Assembly: GCA_964551495.1 (NCBI GenBank)
Contig: CAZKCA010000002.1
Span: 19,648 to 83,647, forward strand
Source: an uncultured Candidatus Saccharibacteria bacterium
Lineage (GTDB): Bacteria > Patescibacteriota > Minisyncoccia > Phycocordibacterales > DATDWN01
DNA length: 64,000 nt
Direction of reading: 5' to 3'
Numbering within the stretch: the first letter of the stretch is position 1; the number at the start of each line of letters is the position of its first letter. The position numbers and the translations under genes were made by a program. Below are positions 63,376 to 64,000 of this stretch, piece after piece. The notes beneath the pieces were generated by a model. The model searched no databases. It saw nothing but the letters and a program-made list of their open reading frames with translations, and had not been told where the DNA came from.

Positions 63376-64000
63376 TTATCTTACGCTTGGTTTATATATT
63401 TGTTCATTTATAACATAAGTAAAACATGATCTACCTTCTTTATATGACCAATCTGAAGGAGTTGTGTAATTGTATTTTGGATCTATATAAGACCTACTGT
63501 ATGGATTGTTTTTTCCAGAATCAAAATTAAAATCAGCACAAATCTCAAATGAATTTGGAGATGCTACACTGTATTCGTAAGGTTTTTTACTATCAGGTTG
63601 ATTTAAATCAAAGTAACCATCCTGACCAGCAACTTCTGACAAATTTTGTGGCAGATTTCCATTTATCTGCCAAAATGATACAACTGAAGATTGTAATTGT
63701 TGAATATCATTTATTTTTTCTTGATCATAATTTTTTAACCTTTGACTTCTAGGTGAGCCGATAATTACAAAACCCAATACGATAGATAAAAGAATTATAA
63801 GTGAAGCGGACAAAAGCCAGACTTTCTTTGACCTTGAAGTCAGTATATTTCTTGCATCTGAAATATAATAACCAAAAACCAAAATTGAAATAGCAAAAAC
63901 AGAAAAGAATTTAAGTAAAAATCCTGTAGTTAAATCTCTACCGTCTAGAAAATAGTAAAGCACTGTAACTAAACTTCCAGCCACAACTAGACCTGATACA
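63376..64000 (-). CDS. multi-TM membrane protein with extracytoplasmic C-terminal domain (DUF5671-like), possibly continuing beyond the window
   Basis: The ORF-track start at 63984 is GTG, and the frame stays open to position 64000. There are several TM helices followed by RSQRLKNYDQEKINDIQQLQSSVVSFWQINGNLPQNL. Confidence 0.5.
   Translation of the reverse strand, partial: VSGLVVAGSLVTVLYYFLDGRDLTTGFLLKFFSVFAISILVFGYYISDARNILTSRSKKVWLLSASLIILLSIVLGFVIIGSPRSQRLKNYDQEKINDIQQLQSSVVSFWQINGNLPQNLSEVAGQDGYFDLNQPDSKKPYEYSVASPNSFEICADFNFDSGKNNPYSRSYIDPKYNYTTPSDWSYKEGRSCFTYVINEQIYKPSVR

Noticed and set aside
1-64000. An alternative genetic code (UGA recoded, as in some CPR lineages).
   Set aside because: TGA terminates well-supported genes (e.g. 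16244-16246 and 31360-31362). All recognisable housekeeping ORFs are full length under the standard code.

Overview
This is a gene-dense, very AT-rich bacterial chromosome segment (roughly 30-35% GC by eye). It uses the standard code: TGA acts as a stop at 16244-16246, 31360-31362 and 33198-33200. The gene content suggests a small-genome Patescibacteria/CPR-type (Parcubacteria-like) organism, but that is inference only. About 80% of the window is housekeeping. That includes dnaB (partial); cysS, trpS, aspS, gltX, alaS and leuS; and the infA-rpmJ-rpsM-rpsK-rpsD-rpoA-rplQ and rplM-rpsI ribosomal block, plus rplI and rpmA. It also includes a cell-wall block (D-Ala-D-Ala carboxypeptidase, asnB, mraY, ftsW, murG, M23 peptidase, mltG), scpAB, grpE/dnaK/dnaJ, mnmA, trhO, plsC, a MacAB-like efflux operon with a MarR regulator, a histidine kinase and several methyltransferases. 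No rRNA, tRNA, CRISPR array, transposase or integrase was seen. Five things stand out. (1) A 15-codon proline-rich micro-ORF (MTDKPPHLPRPRPTK) closely resembles the ribosome-binding core of the insect peptide oncocin. It has a perfect consensus promoter, a strong SD and a terminator, and sits directly in front of an S9A prolyl oligopeptidase. (2) Two related families of nested-hairpin palindromic elements are present (5 + 2 copies). Each has a conserved core and strongly covarying stems. They cluster around the grpE-dnaK-dnaJ genes, and one copy is inserted in-frame inside mnmA. (3) A relic second copy of the last 8 codons plus stop of rpsI lies ~90 bp downstream of the current stop, next to what looks like the original terminator. 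(4) A GC-elevated accessory region at ~31.2-38.7 kb encodes several small membrane peptides, a lysozyme-like protein and a 1073-aa PA14/Ig-repeat surface protein. It also encodes an 8-strand outer-membrane-type beta-barrel protein, unexpected if the organism is a monoderm CPR bacterium. (5) Expression signals differ by gene class. Many core genes have a -10 box 6-8 nt before the ATG and no SD, so they look leaderless. The GC-rich accessory mini-genes carry TTGAC(A/T) promoters, GGAGG SDs and GC-rich terminators.
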